A stretch of DNA of 63,248 nt from the NCBI RefSeq assembly GCF_001194135.2, contig NC_068984.1, positions 101,407,131 through 101,470,378 on the forward strand, given 5' to 3'. This document shows positions 63,210-63,248 of this stretch, piece after piece. The notes beneath the pieces were generated by a model. It was not told where the DNA came from, ran no database searches, and worked only from the letters and a program-made list of their open reading frames with translations. The position numbers and the translations under genes are program-made. Numbering within the stretch: position 1 is the stretch's first letter; every line of letters starts with the position of its first letter. Source of the stretch: Octopus bimaculoides. Taxonomy: Eukaryota.

Positions 63210-63248
<39 letters not shown>

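Noticed and set aside
63170-63248. C/D snoRNA starting at GTGATGA (63178)
   Set aside because: No box D (CTGA) or terminal stem before the window ends in poly-T.

Overview
AT-rich, microsatellite- and SINE-dense eukaryotic genomic DNA with several N gaps. From its composition and repeat families I infer a coleoid cephalopod, probably Octopus; this is not verified. One protein-coding gene is supported: an hnRNP Q/R (SYNCRIP/Syp) orthologue on the + strand. I assembled 10 coding exons (23037-62973, 1572 nt, 524 codons, all GT-AG, phases consistent) encoding the acidic N-terminal domain, three RRMs and the start of the Tyr/Pro/RGG tail. The gene runs off the right end, and its non-coding first exon was not located. 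The rest is transposon-derived: several tRNA-headed SINE families, (GAT)n-tailed retroposons, relics of mariner, maT, Tc1, hAT, R4-like, Tx1-like and RTE-like elements, two non-autonomous Helitrons, MITEs and a probable solo LTR. Family labels A-E are my working names. I found no clearly new multi-gene system. The best leads are highly similar inverted retroposon copies in the SYNCRIP pre-mRNA (possible ADAR substrates or back-splicing), a 29-bp pre-miRNA-like hairpin at 11225-11297, a CpG-rich to CpG-depleted switch near the gene start, and a SINE that stacks head-to-tail in its own (ATT)n tail. Repeat boundaries and identities were judged by eye and are approximate unless a TSD or TIR is quoted.
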